Position numbers and translations under genes: made by a program
Part shown: one piece after another, positions 19,224 to 28,985 of the stretch
Layout of the letters: every line of letters starts with the position of its first letter
Numbering within the stretch: the first letter of the stretch is position 1
Assembly (NCBI GenBank): GCA_037131675.1
Contig: JBAXQO010000003.1
Coordinates: 2,487 to 66,486 of the forward strand
Length of the DNA: 64,000 nt
From: a bacterium
GTDB taxonomy: Bacteria > Patescibacteriota > Minisyncoccia > Phycocordibacterales > CAIZIN01
Direction of reading: 5' to 3'
Notes under the pieces: model-generated
The model's database searches: none
Seen by the model: only the letters and a program-made list of their open reading frames with translations
What the model was told of the DNA's origin: nothing

Positions 19224-22200
19224 ATGAAATTTTTTCGTTTATTTTTATCAATATTGTTTCTGGTTTGTAGTTTTGTAATAAGCCAACAAAACGTTTCCGC
19301 TTCTGTTGTTCCTGGTCCTGGAATTGAGATTAAAAATCAGACGGAATTTACAAATCTTTCTTTTGAAGACAGGGTTTACAAACCAGGGGATACTGTAAAA
19401 GCCTCGTTTACTTTTGTTAATAAAGATTCTTTTGATTATAGCGATATTTCACTCAGTCCATATCTTGAGGTTTTTTCATCGACAACAAAAGCTTTCGATG
19501 TTTATGGTATCCAAAATAAAGTAGGATCATATTTTATTCCACGTTCTTCCAGTAAAGTAATTTCATTTGAGTATACAATTCCACAATCTGGAAACATAAC
19601 AAAAGATGCAAGTGTGCGTCTTGTGGCTAGTGTATTTCAGGGTACAGGAGCTTCACTTGGACCTGTGGGTAGTTCAATAAAAGTTGATGGATTAATTTCT
19701 TCTGTTAATGTTGTGAATGCTTACTTAAAAGTAAGTAATAATATATATGGTGTTCAGGAAGGTCCTGTTATTTCATCTACGACCCCGGCCCACCTAATTG
19801 TAAAGCTTCAAAATAATACTGGAGATGCTATATCCCTAAAACCAAAAATTACAATTTTCGATCTCCAGCCTTCTCGTCCAGAGGTCGGAGATAAAACGTA
19901 TAGCGTTTTAAGTCTCAAAAAAAGAGAATCCCACGATCTCGATATAGAACTCCCTCAGATAGTAAAGCCCGGCGTGTACGCCGGAGAATTACGTCTTTTT
20001 GACGAAAAAGGGATTGAACGCTCAACTCTTATAACAAGTCGATGGATTATTGATGGAGATATGGTGACTATACCTAGTGTAACCATTGATAAAACTACCC
20101 TTAAAAAAGGAGAACAAGCAAATGTGACTGTGGTCTATACGGGAGCTCCAGTAAATATAGGTACAAGAGGTGTTTATAGTGTAGGTAAGGGAGAGTTAAA
20201 AGTTACTCTTTTTGGAAATGAAAATCAGGTTGTGGCTGAAGATAAGAAAGAGGTTGATTTTGACACGTTGAACTCGAATGCTGTTTTTAATCTTGTCACC
20301 AAAGAAGATGTCTCAAAGCTCAGTGTTCTTGTAATTGCGCTAAAAGGTGAAAAAGAACTTGCTCGCTACAGTACTCTTCTTACAGACCCAGATGTCCCGG
20401 TTGTTGTGGAATCTCCTATAAAAAATATAATTGTTTTTTCGATATTTTCTCTTATTGTTTTGTTGTTGGTTTTTTTTGCATTTTTTAAAATTAAATCAAG
20501 AAAAAAACTACCAACTTTATTTCTTGTAGTTATTTTTTTTACAGCTTTGTTTGGTCTAGGTGGAAAAGAGGTTTTGGCTGCTGACAGAGCCTGTCTTAAT
20601 GGTCAGTTTTGTGCTCAAGGGTCTATGACTTCTAATCTTGTGGTTGCTCCAAGTGCGGATATTTCTTCCAACATTTGGAATGTGGCAGAAGCTCAGGTGT
20701 GTGCTAATGGAGGTGGGCAGACTACTATGGTCTATGCAATCTATGATTCAAATAATAATTTAGTTTCTACAAAGACAGCTGTTCAAAATGATGGAGCTGC
20801 AGCATCCCATGATGATTATAATTCTTGGGTTGACTCTTATAACTCTGATATGTATTGGTACTATCAATACATGTATTATGCAGACACTTGGGTTGATCCA
20901 AGTGATGATAATTCTGATCCATATGGTCAACGTCAAGGTTATATTGATTTTGCGAACCACTATCTGGATCTTGCTAACGACATGTTGTCTTTGATGAATA
21001 ATTATAATCAATGGAGGACATTTACGGGATTTTATCCGAATACTGCAAATAGTATCCCTGTCCATATTATAGCTCCAACAACACCCGGTACATACAGGCT
21101 CGTGACTTCTGTTTCGCTCTTTGCAAATTATCGTGACGCGTGGAGAGCTGCTGGTGATGAGACAAATGGGGGACCAAAAACTCAAGGACCAATATCGTTT
21201 CAGTATAATTTTACTGTAGCCCTTCCTCCCTCCGCTCCCACAATCACCTCAACTGGAGGTCCTCTGTCTTGCGGAGTAAATTCATACACTTTTAATTGGG
21301 GAGCCGTATCGGGAGCAGTCTATTATGGAGCTCATATACTAGATGATACTGTCAGAACTGCAGGAGCTGCAGACTGTACATATGGAACTGATATCTGTGT
21401 AGGAGACTCAAGTATTGGGACTTCATATTCCGTACTTTCTACATCACAAACTCCTTCTTGTGGGATTCTTGCTGTTGGTTCATCTCTCACACCAGGACAA
21501 TCCATTACGTCTTGCGACGGAAGATTTAAATTTATATTACAAACAGATGGAAATGCGGTAATCTATCCTACAAATTCTAGTACGGCCTTATGGAGTTCAG
21601 GAACTAATGGTAAAGCTTCTGCAAAAATAATTATGCAAGGAGATGGAAATCTTGTAATTTACAATTCATCAGGAGGATTTATTTGGGGTTCAATTAACAG
21701 TACTGGTGGTCACGGGGGAACACCAACTGGTTTAAATATGCAAGCAGATGGAAATCTTGTCATATATGCAACAAATGGGGGTGTGTTGTGGAATTCAGGA
21801 ACAGGAGGTCATAGTGTTGTTACTTTGCAACCAGGACATTCATACGAAGCCAGGGCGTATGCATATAATTCAATCGGTTGGAGTGGTGGATCAAACACTA
21901 TTAAATTTAGCGTGCCAAGTTTGTCGCAATGTACTCAGTCATGTACTCGTAGTGACGGTGTTGTTGTTCTTAATAATGGAACAACCACCCTTTATGCTAC
22001 ACCTCAAACTAATTGTATCGATGGGGTGAAGGCTGTGGCTACATGTAATAATGGAGTATTTCTTATTAATGGTACCACAACGGATTATCAAGCAAGTTGT
22101 AGTTGTGTTTCAAACTATATATGTCAAGGTTCAACATTGGTAGACACTAATCATTGTGGACAATCGAGGACAGCTGGTGTGGATCAACAATGTAGTACAG

Positions 22201-22517
22201 GTTCTAGAGGGGTTGATATTTATGGGAATTGGGAGTTTATGAAAATAAATTCTTTCTTGAGTAATCCTAGCTACATTGCAAAAAATAACTCATGTACCCT
22301 CAAGTATAATATCTCAAATGGGTCATCAACATGCTCCATTTCCGGATATGGTTCAAATTTTCCTCGTATAATTAATCTAATAAACGGTTCAGCGATTGGA
22401 TCAGTCACAACCATGCCACTTGCATCAAGTACAACATATAGACTTAGTTGTGGTTATGGAACTGTAAACATAGTAAAGGATGCTGTATGTAGAGTATTGA
22501 GTGTTGCTGAATATTAA
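19224..22517 (+). CDS. Large surface protein with Ig-like region, internal membrane segments, FN3-like and bulb-type (B) lectin domains
   Basis: Signal peptide; hydrophobic helices near aa 402-447; three QxDGNxVIY motifs; Cys-rich C-terminus. Confidence 0.85.
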   Translation: MKFFRLFLSILFLVCSFVISQQNVSASVVPGPGIEIKNQTEFTNLSFEDRVYKPGDTVKASFTFVNKDSFDYSDISLSPYLEVFSSTTKAFDVYGIQNKVGSYFIPRSSSKVISFEYTIPQSGNITKDASVRLVASVFQGTGASLGPVGSSIKVDGLISSVNVVNAYLKVSNNIYGVQEGPVISSTTPAHLIVKLQNNTGDAISLKPKITIFDLQPSRPEVGDKTYSVLSLKKRESHDLDIELPQIVKPGVYAGELRLFDEKGIERSTLITSRWIIDGDMVTIPSVTIDKTTLKKGEQANVTVVYTGAPVNIGTRGVYSVGKGELKVTLFGNENQVVAEDKKEVDFDTLNSNAVFNLVTKEDVSKLSVLVIALKGEKELARYSTLLTDPDVPVVVESPIKNIIVFSIFSLIVLLLVFFAFFKIKSRKKLPTLFLVVIFFTALFGLGGKEVLAADRACLNGQFCAQGSMTSNLVVAPSADISSNIWNVAEAQVCANGGGQTTMVYAIYDSNNNLVSTKTAVQNDGAAASHDDYNSWVDSYNSDMYWYYQYMYYADTWVDPSDDNSDPYGQRQGYIDFANHYLDLANDMLSLMNNYNQWRTFTGFYPNTANSIPVHIIAPTTPGTYRLVTSVSLFANYRDAWRAAGDETNGGPKTQGPISFQYNFTVALPPSAPTITSTGGPLSCGVNSYTFNWGAVSGAVYYGAHILDDTVRTAGAADCTYGTDICVGDSSIGTSYSVLSTSQTPSCGILAVGSSLTPGQSITSCDGRFKFILQTDGNAVIYPTNSSTALWSSGTNGKASAKIIMQGDGNLVIYNSSGGFIWGSINSTGGHGGTPTGLNMQADGNLVIYATNGGVLWNSGTGGHSVVTLQPGHSYEARAYAYNSIGWSGGSNTIKFSVPSLSQCTQSCTRSDGVVVLNNGTTTLYATPQTNCIDGVKAVATCNNGVFLINGTTTDYQASCSCVSNYICQGSTLVDTNHCGQSRTAGVDQQCSTGSRGVDIYGNWEFMKINSFLSNPSYIAKNNSCTLKYNISNGSSTCSISGYGSNFPRIINLINGSAIGSVTTMPLASSTTYRLSCGYGTVNIVKDAVCRVLSVAEY

Positions 22518-22614
22518 AATTTCTTTACAAAAAACATCTTTAAAACTAGATGTTTTTTGTATGTAAGCAAGAAAAAACATGATACAATTATTTTGTTCAT
22601 AATTTAAATATTCA

Positions 22615-23979
22615 ATGGCAGAAGTAAAACTTCATTTTTGTGGTGGTGTCGGCACGGTAACAGGTGCTAACTTTTTATTGGAGACAGGAAAGTTGAAAAT
22701 TGTTGTGGATTGCGGGTTAGTTCAGGGGACCAAACTTGATAATGAACAAAATCGAAAAGCCTTTCCGTACGATCCAAAAGATGTAGATATTCTTTTTATC
22801 ACACATGCGCACATGGACCACATAGGTCGTGTTCCAAAGCTGGTGCATGATGGTTTTAACGGTGTAATATATTCCACTCCAGAAACAAAAGCTCTTGCTG
22901 AAGTTATGTTGGCAGATGCTCTAAGTCTTCTCACGAGAGAAGCTCAAAAAGAGGGGCTTGAACCTTTTTATAATGAGCAAGATGTAAAGCAGGCATTAGA
23001 TATGTGGCACATGATTCAATATCACACAATAACTCCAATCGGGGATTCTATTCAGGTATATTTGCGCGACCCGGGGCATATTTTAGGATCTTCCATGGTT
23101 GAATTTAGGCGTAATGCAAAACGGTTGGTGTTTACCGGAGATTTAGGCAATACGCCAACTCCACTTTTGCGAGATACTGAACCACTTGAAAATACGACAT
23201 ATCTAGTTACTGAAAGTGTGTATGGAGATAGAAATCATGAAAATAGGGAAGACCGCAGAGCCAAGCTTGCAGAGGCAATAAACAAAAGTTTAGCACAAGG
23301 TGGAACGCTCCTTATTCCTTCCTTTTCTTTAGAAAAAACTCAAGTACTTCTTCATGAACTTAATGATTTATTGCTTGAACAGAAAATTCGCAAAGTTCCT
23401 ATTTATTTAGATTCTCCTCTGGCGATTAAAGTCACAGAAATCTACCGCGCCATGACACAAAGTTTCAATAATGATGCAAAGTTAGAAATCAGTGGGGGTG
23501 ATGATATTTTCAATTTTCCAGAATTACACAATGTAGATGGTGGTGAAGAATCACAAACTCTTGATCGAACTTCAGGGCCAAAAATAATAATTGCTGGCAG
23601 TGGAATGTCTAATGGGGGACGCATTGTAAAGCATGAAAAGATATACTTACCTGATCCTAATAGCACAGTTTTATTTATTGGATATCAATCTGTGGGAACA
23701 TTGGGACGAGCAATAACAGAAGGTGCAAAATATGTACAAATCGGTGGCGAGACGGTACCTGTTAGGGCGCACATCGCTGTTGTTTCAGGATATTCTTCAC
23801 ATAAAGACTCAGATCATATTGTAGAATTCGTGGAGACTTCTGCAAAAACTTTGAAAAAAGTTTTTGTGGTAATGGGTGAACCCAAAGCTTCACTTTTCCT
23901 TGTTCAAAAACTTAAAGACCTTGCTGGTGTAGATGCATATCACCCAGAGCAAGACGAGGTAGTTACGTTGGATATGTAG
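22615..23979 (+). CDS. MBL-fold beta-CASP ribonuclease
   Basis: DCGLVQG, THAHMDHIG, GHILGS, ESVYGDR, SGMSNGGR, YSSHKD. Confidence 0.93.
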   Translation: MAEVKLHFCGGVGTVTGANFLLETGKLKIVVDCGLVQGTKLDNEQNRKAFPYDPKDVDILFITHAHMDHIGRVPKLVHDGFNGVIYSTPETKALAEVMLADALSLLTREAQKEGLEPFYNEQDVKQALDMWHMIQYHTITPIGDSIQVYLRDPGHILGSSMVEFRRNAKRLVFTGDLGNTPTPLLRDTEPLENTTYLVTESVYGDRNHENREDRRAKLAEAINKSLAQGGTLLIPSFSLEKTQVLLHELNDLLLEQKIRKVPIYLDSPLAIKVTEIYRAMTQSFNNDAKLEISGGDDIFNFPELHNVDGGEESQTLDRTSGPKIIIAGSGMSNGGRIVKHEKIYLPDPNSTVLFIGYQSVGTLGRAITEGAKYVQIGGETVPVRAHIAVVSGYSSHKDSDHIVEFVETSAKTLKKVFVVMGEPKASLFLVQKLKDLAGVDAYHPEQDEVVTLDM

Positions 23980-24006
23980 GTGTGTGATATAATACATTTT
24001 TAATAT

Positions 24007-24624
24007 ATGTCTCTACACGATATAAAAATTTGTGTTTCTGGTGCAGCTGAAACTTCCCATTGTGGAAAAGAAGCATATGAACGTGCAAAGGAGATTGGAA
24101 GGGAAATTGCAAGACAGGGTGCAACTATTATGTCTGGTGCGACAACAGGTTTCCCATACTGGTCTTCCATCGGAGCAAAAGAAGCTAATGGTTTTTCCAT
24201 TGGGCTTTCTCCTGCTTCAAATGAAGATGAACATATTCATGCATACCGTCTTCCTACAGAAAATATGGATTTAATTATTTATACGGGTTTTGGTTTCTCA
24301 GGAAGAAACTTAATGCTCACTCGCTCTTCTGATGCTGTAATAGTGGGGTGTGGAAGGATTGGGACTATCAATGAATTTACAATTGCATTTGAAGATAATA
24401 AACCAATTGGTATTTTAGAAGGACCTTGGATGGCGGATGATATTATTCGCATGATTATTGAAAATAGCAATCGACCACATTCGCATGTTGTTTTTGATAA
24501 AGATCCAAAAAAACTCATAGAAAAAGTTATACAAATGGTTATGCTGAGAAAGAAAGGAGTATATCAGGCATATAAAAACTATGATGGGGTAGAGGGTGAT
24601 AGTGCGAAAAGTTCTATCTTATAG
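24007..24624 (+). CDS. LOG/SLOG family protein
   Basis: SGATTG, TGFGFSGRN, GRIGTINE. Confidence 0.85.
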   Translation: MSLHDIKICVSGAAETSHCGKEAYERAKEIGREIARQGATIMSGATTGFPYWSSIGAKEANGFSIGLSPASNEDEHIHAYRLPTENMDLIIYTGFGFSGRNLMLTRSSDAVIVGCGRIGTINEFTIAFEDNKPIGILEGPWMADDIIRMIIENSNRPHSHVVFDKDPKKLIEKVIQMVMLRKKGVYQAYKNYDGVEGDSAKSSIL

Positions 24625-24635
24625 ACTGACTTATA

Positions 24636-24671
24636 TAAAAAGAGTCGCGTCCTTCGGACGCGACTCTTTTT
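24636..24671. terminator. Bidirectional terminator between convergent genes
   Basis: AAAAAGAGTCGCGTCC-ttc-GGACGCGACTCTTTTT. Confidence 0.85.
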
Positions 24672-24684
24672 ATATAATATAAGA

Positions 24685-25032
24685 TTATGCTGTTGCGAGT
24701 TCTGTAATTCTCTGGAAAGTTTCAGGATGAGTTGCTGCAAGTTCCGCAAGCATTTTTCGATTCACATCAATATTCTTTTTCTTGAGGTTGCCGATAAATT
24801 TACTGTATGAAATTCCTTTTACATCAAGTGCTGCATTGATCTTTACATTCCATACTCGTCGAGCTTCACCTTTCTTGTCTCGTCGGTGTGCAAATGCATA
24901 AGTACCAGCATGTGCAATAGCTTCATATGCTTGCTTTTCTTTAGTGCTGCGTCCAAAACGGTAACCTTTTACCTGTTTTAGGATATTTCGTCGTGTTTTA
25001 AGTGCGTTAACACCTTTCTTTACTCGTGCCAT
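24685..25032 (-). CDS. rplT: 50S ribosomal protein L20
   Basis: MARVKKG, YAFAHRR, SYSKFI, NRKMLAELA. Confidence 0.97.
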   Translation of the reverse strand: MARVKKGVNALKTRRNILKQVKGYRFGRSTKEKQAYEAIAHAGTYAFAHRRDKKGEARRVWNVKINAALDVKGISYSKFIGNLKKKNIDVNRKMLAELAATHPETFQRITELATA

Positions 25033-25038
25033 GGTTGT

Positions 25039-25230
25039 TTATTTAGAAGGAAGATATCGGCTTTTTGCCTTGTTTGTAAAAAAGTTAGCATAACTAGTAG
25101 CGCGCTTTTTTGAGAGCTGGCTACCTCGGCTTTCTTTTGCATTAAAGTGGTTTTGTCCGGCTTTTCGTCCTACGATTTTGCCGTTCTTTGTCACTTTAAG
25201 TCTTTTTGTGATTGATTTGTTGGTTTTCAT
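25039..25230 (-). CDS. rpmI: 50S ribosomal protein L35
   Basis: MKTNKSITKRLKVTKNGK; between infC and rplT. Confidence 0.92.
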   Translation of the reverse strand: MKTNKSITKRLKVTKNGKIVGRKAGQNHFNAKESRGSQLSKKRATSYANFFTNKAKSRYLPSK

Positions 25231-25287
25231 ATTCTTTCCAAAAACGTCCCTCTATATTACTGATTTTTTTGATTTTGTCTAGTTTTC

Positions 25288-25803
25288 TTACTTTTTCTTT
25301 TCAATTAGGGTTGTCCAGCCTTTAGGACTCTTTTTAGGTTCTTCGGCAATTTTGAATTCTACCGTGATAAGTGAAAGCACTTTTTGTAATCTTTCCTTTA
25401 AAAAGTCAGGATTTAGGTACTTTGAGCGGCCTGGGAGAAATAGGTTTATTTGTATTCTGTGTCCCTCTGCTAGCCATTCTGAAGCTTTTTTTGCTTTAAG
25501 TTGAAGGTCGTTGTCCCCAGTACCAATGCGCACCTGTAGGGTCTTCACTTCAATCACGTGTGTACGAGTTTTTGCGACTTTAGCCTTCTTATTTTCGAGA
25601 TATTGAAACTTTCCGTAATCCATTATCTTGGCTACTGGAGGAACTGCGTTTGGAGAAATTTCAATTAAGTCTGATTCTAGTTCCGCAGCTTTTTCAAGAG
25701 CTTCTCGGAAGGAGAGGACTCCGTAATTATTTCCTTCGCTATCAATAACGCGCAATTCTTTTGCTCGTATTTGATGATTAATTCTGTATGTTGGTGCTGC
25801 CAC
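25288..25803 (-). CDS. infC: Translation initiation factor IF-3 (GTG start)
   Basis: RINHQIRA, DLIEISPNAVPPVAKIMDYGKFQY. Confidence 0.96.
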   Translation of the reverse strand: MAAPTYRINHQIRAKELRVIDSEGNNYGVLSFREALEKAAELESDLIEISPNAVPPVAKIMDYGKFQYLENKKAKVAKTRTHVIEVKTLQVRIGTGDNDLQLKAKKASEWLAEGHRIQINLFLPGRSKYLNPDFLKERLQKVLSLITVEFKIAEEPKKSPKGWTTLIEKKK

Positions 25804-25936
25804 GCGTGTAAATATAAAGTGATTATTTATTAATGTACATTTGAATATAACACAAAAAATGGAATTTTACAATGTAAAAGAAAAAGCCAGAACCTACCAC
25901 GACGTGGTTGGTTCTGGCTTAGAAGTTGAAGTTGCG

Positions 25937-26389
25937 TCAAGAAATTGCCGAGGCGATTTCCATCTGACTCATATTTTCAATGACAACTACTCCGTTTTGG
26001 TAGAGAACACGGAATCCCTCTGTTGGGGATTCGATAGCATGAAACATCCTCGAGCTTCCATTCATGGCATGGAATTGGCGTTTCCTGCCATCAATATCTC
26101 CCATGTATGATTGGTCGACTAGGCCGGGGCAAAAATTTCCTTTCCTTACCTCGTTACATATGAGGGCTTGGATTAAAACTCCTGTGGTATGAACATCCTT
26201 CGGTGTTTCCGCAGTCAGCAGTCCTTTTTTAAAAGTTGCACGGAATACGCGTCCGTCTTTTGTTGAGGGAGGGTTCTTGGGGTCAAATTTGACCTTTGAA
26301 GTGCCAAGGTCAATAAATTTAACCCCGTCAGCTTCCACGTAGGAAACTCCAAGTGTGACTTCGCCACCATTAACTTCGCTAAGTTGCAT
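25937..26389 (-). CDS. Hypothetical protein
   Basis: 150-aa ATG ORF followed by a hairpin at ~25883-25920. Confidence 0.55.
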   Translation of the reverse strand: MQLSEVNGGEVTLGVSYVEADGVKFIDLGTSKVKFDPKNPPSTKDGRVFRATFKKGLLTAETPKDVHTTGVLIQALICNEVRKGNFCPGLVDQSYMGDIDGRKRQFHAMNGSSRMFHAIESPTEGFRVLYQNGVVVIENMSQMEIASAIS

Positions 26390-26527
26390 AATGAACTAAT
26401 TTTCTCAAACAAGTATTGTTGTTATTTCCGATTAACATTTATTGTCTTTCGGTGTTTGAGTTCAGCGGTCAATTATACAACTTTGCAAAAATAAGTCAAG
26501 AAAATGAAGATGATATGAAGATTCTTC

Positions 26528-26806
26528 CTAAACTATTTTTATTAAAGTTTGCTCAATCACTTTTGGATTTTTTGTGTATATATAAAGTTCTTGTACAGTT
26601 CCGCTTCCACGAACAATTGCTTTTAATCCGCCAGTAATTGGAAGGAATTTAATTCCGCGCTTTCCTCCTTTACTTGTGGTAGTTTTGATTATTCCAATAC
26701 TGATTTTGCTTACTTCTGGTATGTGGTGGGCCGTTTCAACAACCTCTCGGGCTAAGTCGGTAAGAGTCGTGTGGCTCGCTGTTATTTTTTTATTTACTTT
26801 GGGCAT
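26528..26806 (-). CDS. DUF2103-like small protein
   Basis: SHTTL, ISIGII, ITGGLKAIVRGSGTVQELYI pattern. Confidence 0.7.
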   Translation of the reverse strand: MPKVNKKITASHTTLTDLAREVVETAHHIPEVSKISIGIIKTTTSKGGKRGIKFLPITGGLKAIVRGSGTVQELYIYTKNPKVIEQTLIKIV

Positions 26807-27053
26807 GGGTGTTTAGTATATAACTCATCATGCAATAAATATACAAAAAAATAAACCCAAAAAGATATCCACCTTTAAAGGTTTTGCATATTATTTAATA
26901 GGAGTACAATTTAATGTAGATTTTTTGAGAAGAGTTTCTCTTTTGTGGGAAACAATTCAATTGTTTCAATTTAAGTCAACGCCGATTCGCTACCGGCAGG
27001 ACCAGGGCGCACGATGCAATCGTGCGCCCTAATTACTTTATACAAAAACATGA

Positions 27054-27424
27054 GGCCGGTTCCCTTGGTGGGAACCGGCCAGATTTAGAATCGCCTAAAT
27101 TGTTTTTCAAAAGGACGGTGTAACATTGGCGGCTCTTTTTTGCTTGCAAGCTCTTTTTTTGGTTTTTGCCAAACATAGGGCGCCAAAAGGAAACTTTACT
27201 GAGCAAAATGTCTTAGCCTCCCGTCTACTCTTTACGATCGAAAGAACAATTCAAATGATTGTTGACCTTTGATGTCGGTATACTTTTGAGTCGCAGCGAC
27301 AACCTCTTGCTCCTTCAAGGCGGCATCACCAAAAGCGGTTTAATAGGCACCGCTCGCAGGGTTAGTTAACCACCTTTTAGCCCGAGCGATTTGTATCAAC
27401 TCTCTAAATCTAAACTAAGTCTAC
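27054..27424 (-). ncRNA. Candidate large rod-like structured ncRNA, family not recognised
   Basis: TATAAT at 27438-27433; nested long-range helices with G-U pairs on this strand; GC-rich 3' hairpin 27054-27080; no credible ORF. Confidence 0.55.
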
Positions 27425-27513
27425 ATTAAAATATTATATATGTTAAAGGGTTGGGCTCTGTTGTAATGTGTTGAATTGCACTACATAAACCAAAGGTGTA
27501 GACTGCTTTTAGT

Positions 27514-28005
27514 ATGAAAAAGTTGCAAGGCACTATAGTTTTCGTGGTCAAAGATGGCAAAGTTCTTTTGGCTAGAAAGAAACTTGTGCTTGGTATTGGA
27601 AAATGGAATGGGTATGGTGGAAAGCTCAACGTTGGGGTAGATAAAGATTTTCTCGATTGTGCAGTAAGAGAGTTTAGTGAAGAGTCTGGGAGAGCAGCCA
27701 TAAAGAGGGAAGACCTGGAGCAAGTAGCTCTAATCACTTTTCACAACGGAGATAAATTTGAATTCACTTGCTATATTTACATTGCTTCAGATTTGCAAGG
27801 GTTTCCAAGTGAGACGGATGAAATGGGCGAACCTTCATGGTTTCCTGTGGGTGCAATTCCTCCGAAAGAAGAATTTATGGAGTCGGATTATTTTTGGGTT
27901 CCGAGAATCTTCAAAGGAGAAAAACTCTCAGGTGATATTTGGTACGACGGAGAATTCCATTTGACCGAGCGCGGAGTTGAATTGAAAATAGTCGATCACT
28001 TTTAG
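27514..28005 (+). CDS. NUDIX hydrolase (8-oxo-dGTPase/MTH1-like)
   Basis: GKWNGYGGK...CAVREFSEESG Nudix box, ETDEM. Confidence 0.9.
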   Translation: MKKLQGTIVFVVKDGKVLLARKKLVLGIGKWNGYGGKLNVGVDKDFLDCAVREFSEESGRAAIKREDLEQVALITFHNGDKFEFTCYIYIASDLQGFPSETDEMGEPSWFPVGAIPPKEEFMESDYFWVPRIFKGEKLSGDIWYDGEFHLTERGVELKIVDHF

Positions 28006-28023
28006 TGGTCGGCTTTTATTTTA

Positions 28024-28237
28024 TGGAGATATCGAGAATCGGTCACGAGTCAGATTTTTGTCGTCACAAAAATCTGCTCTCGACCCCGACTCGCACTTTT
28101 TTCTGCTGAAAAAAGTATGCTCCGTCTTTCGATTCCGCACGTAGGCAAAACTCTTTGCCTACTGCATCTCCACTTGAATTTTGTACAGAAAAAACACCAG
28201 AAAGGTTCTGGTGTTTTTTCAACAAAATATCAGTGGA
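28024..28237. repeat. Multi-hairpin element built from tmRNA 3'-end sequence, plus the displaced tmRNA terminator
   Basis: TGGAGAT..GAATCG (28024) and TTCGATTCCGC..GCATCTCCACT (28128-28174) with interspersed hairpins; AAAAAACACCAGAA/TTCTGGTGTTTTTT hairpin. Confidence 0.75.
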
Positions 28238-28448
28238 CATAGTGCGTGAAAGTTGGAACCAACTATATCCTTGGATATTTGAAGCGTCTCAGGCGATTGT
28301 AGGGCAGGGGCGTGTTGAAAATGTTTATGTTTAGAGCAATATCAGAATATATCAGTATCACAAGAAGGGAATTGAATTAGTGAAAAGGAGTTCTGTGTGA
28401 ATATCTACAAATTGACTTTTAATAAGCTTGGAGTAAAGTAAATTCTTT

Positions 28449-28985
28449 ATGAATCCTGACGAAAAAATATTGGAAGCTAAAGATATGAGAAATATAATCC
28501 ATGAAAGAGGGTTGTATTCTGAGGAACGAGCAAACGAAGCCTCTATTGAATTTATTAGACTCGAGGTTCAAATCGCAACACTTCTACTTGGTTTAACTGG
28601 CGTGTTTTGGAATCTTTACTCCTCAAACTTGAAGGGGGTTGCTATTGCTTCAACTGCAGCAATAATTTTGATAAAAATAGCCTTTTCTTTCATATTGTTT
28701 TTTCTTGTAGGTTCTCTTTCGGTAGGTTTAATTCAATTGAAAAGGGTTGAGAAGTTTTGGGACGGAGTATCTTTGACTCGCACAGTTAGATTTAATAAAT
28801 GGCATGATGTTATAGCGAAAAAAACTACTTTTGAAGAGGCTCACGCATATCATGAAGGAACCAAAATAGAAGGAGGAGCTATGATTCAAACACCAAAATG
28901 GCCTTGGATACTTCAGAGTGTTTTTCTAGGGATTTCTATAACTTTAATATTTGGTATAGCGATAGCATTTGTTGTTGTGAGTTAA
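28449..28985 (+). CDS. Hypothetical membrane protein (island cargo)
   Basis: Three hydrophobic segments. Confidence 0.7.
   Translation: MNPDEKILEAKDMRNIIHERGLYSEERANEASIEFIRLEVQIATLLLGLTGVFWNLYSSNLKGVAIASTAAIILIKIAFSFILFFLVGSLSVGLIQLKRVEKFWDGVSLTRTVRFNKWHDVIAKKTTFEEAHAYHEGTKIEGGAMIQTPKWPWILQSVFLGISITLIFGIAIAFVVVS

Noticed and set aside
25801-25830. Canonical ATT start codon for infC
   Set aside because: No in-frame ATT just upstream; GTG (or ATA) is the candidate, and the true start cannot be settled from sequence
27054-27424. Group I intron, RNase P RNA or SRP RNA
   Set aside because: GTAAAGAGTAGACGG resembles a group I J6/7-P7 segment, but there is no host gene or consistent P3/P7 core; RNase P P4 and SRP helix 8 motifs are absent
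28024-28041. Left att site of the island
   Set aside because: Degenerate match that belongs to the hairpin element; the 28232 core is preferred because it restores both the tmRNA terminator stem and the integrase frame
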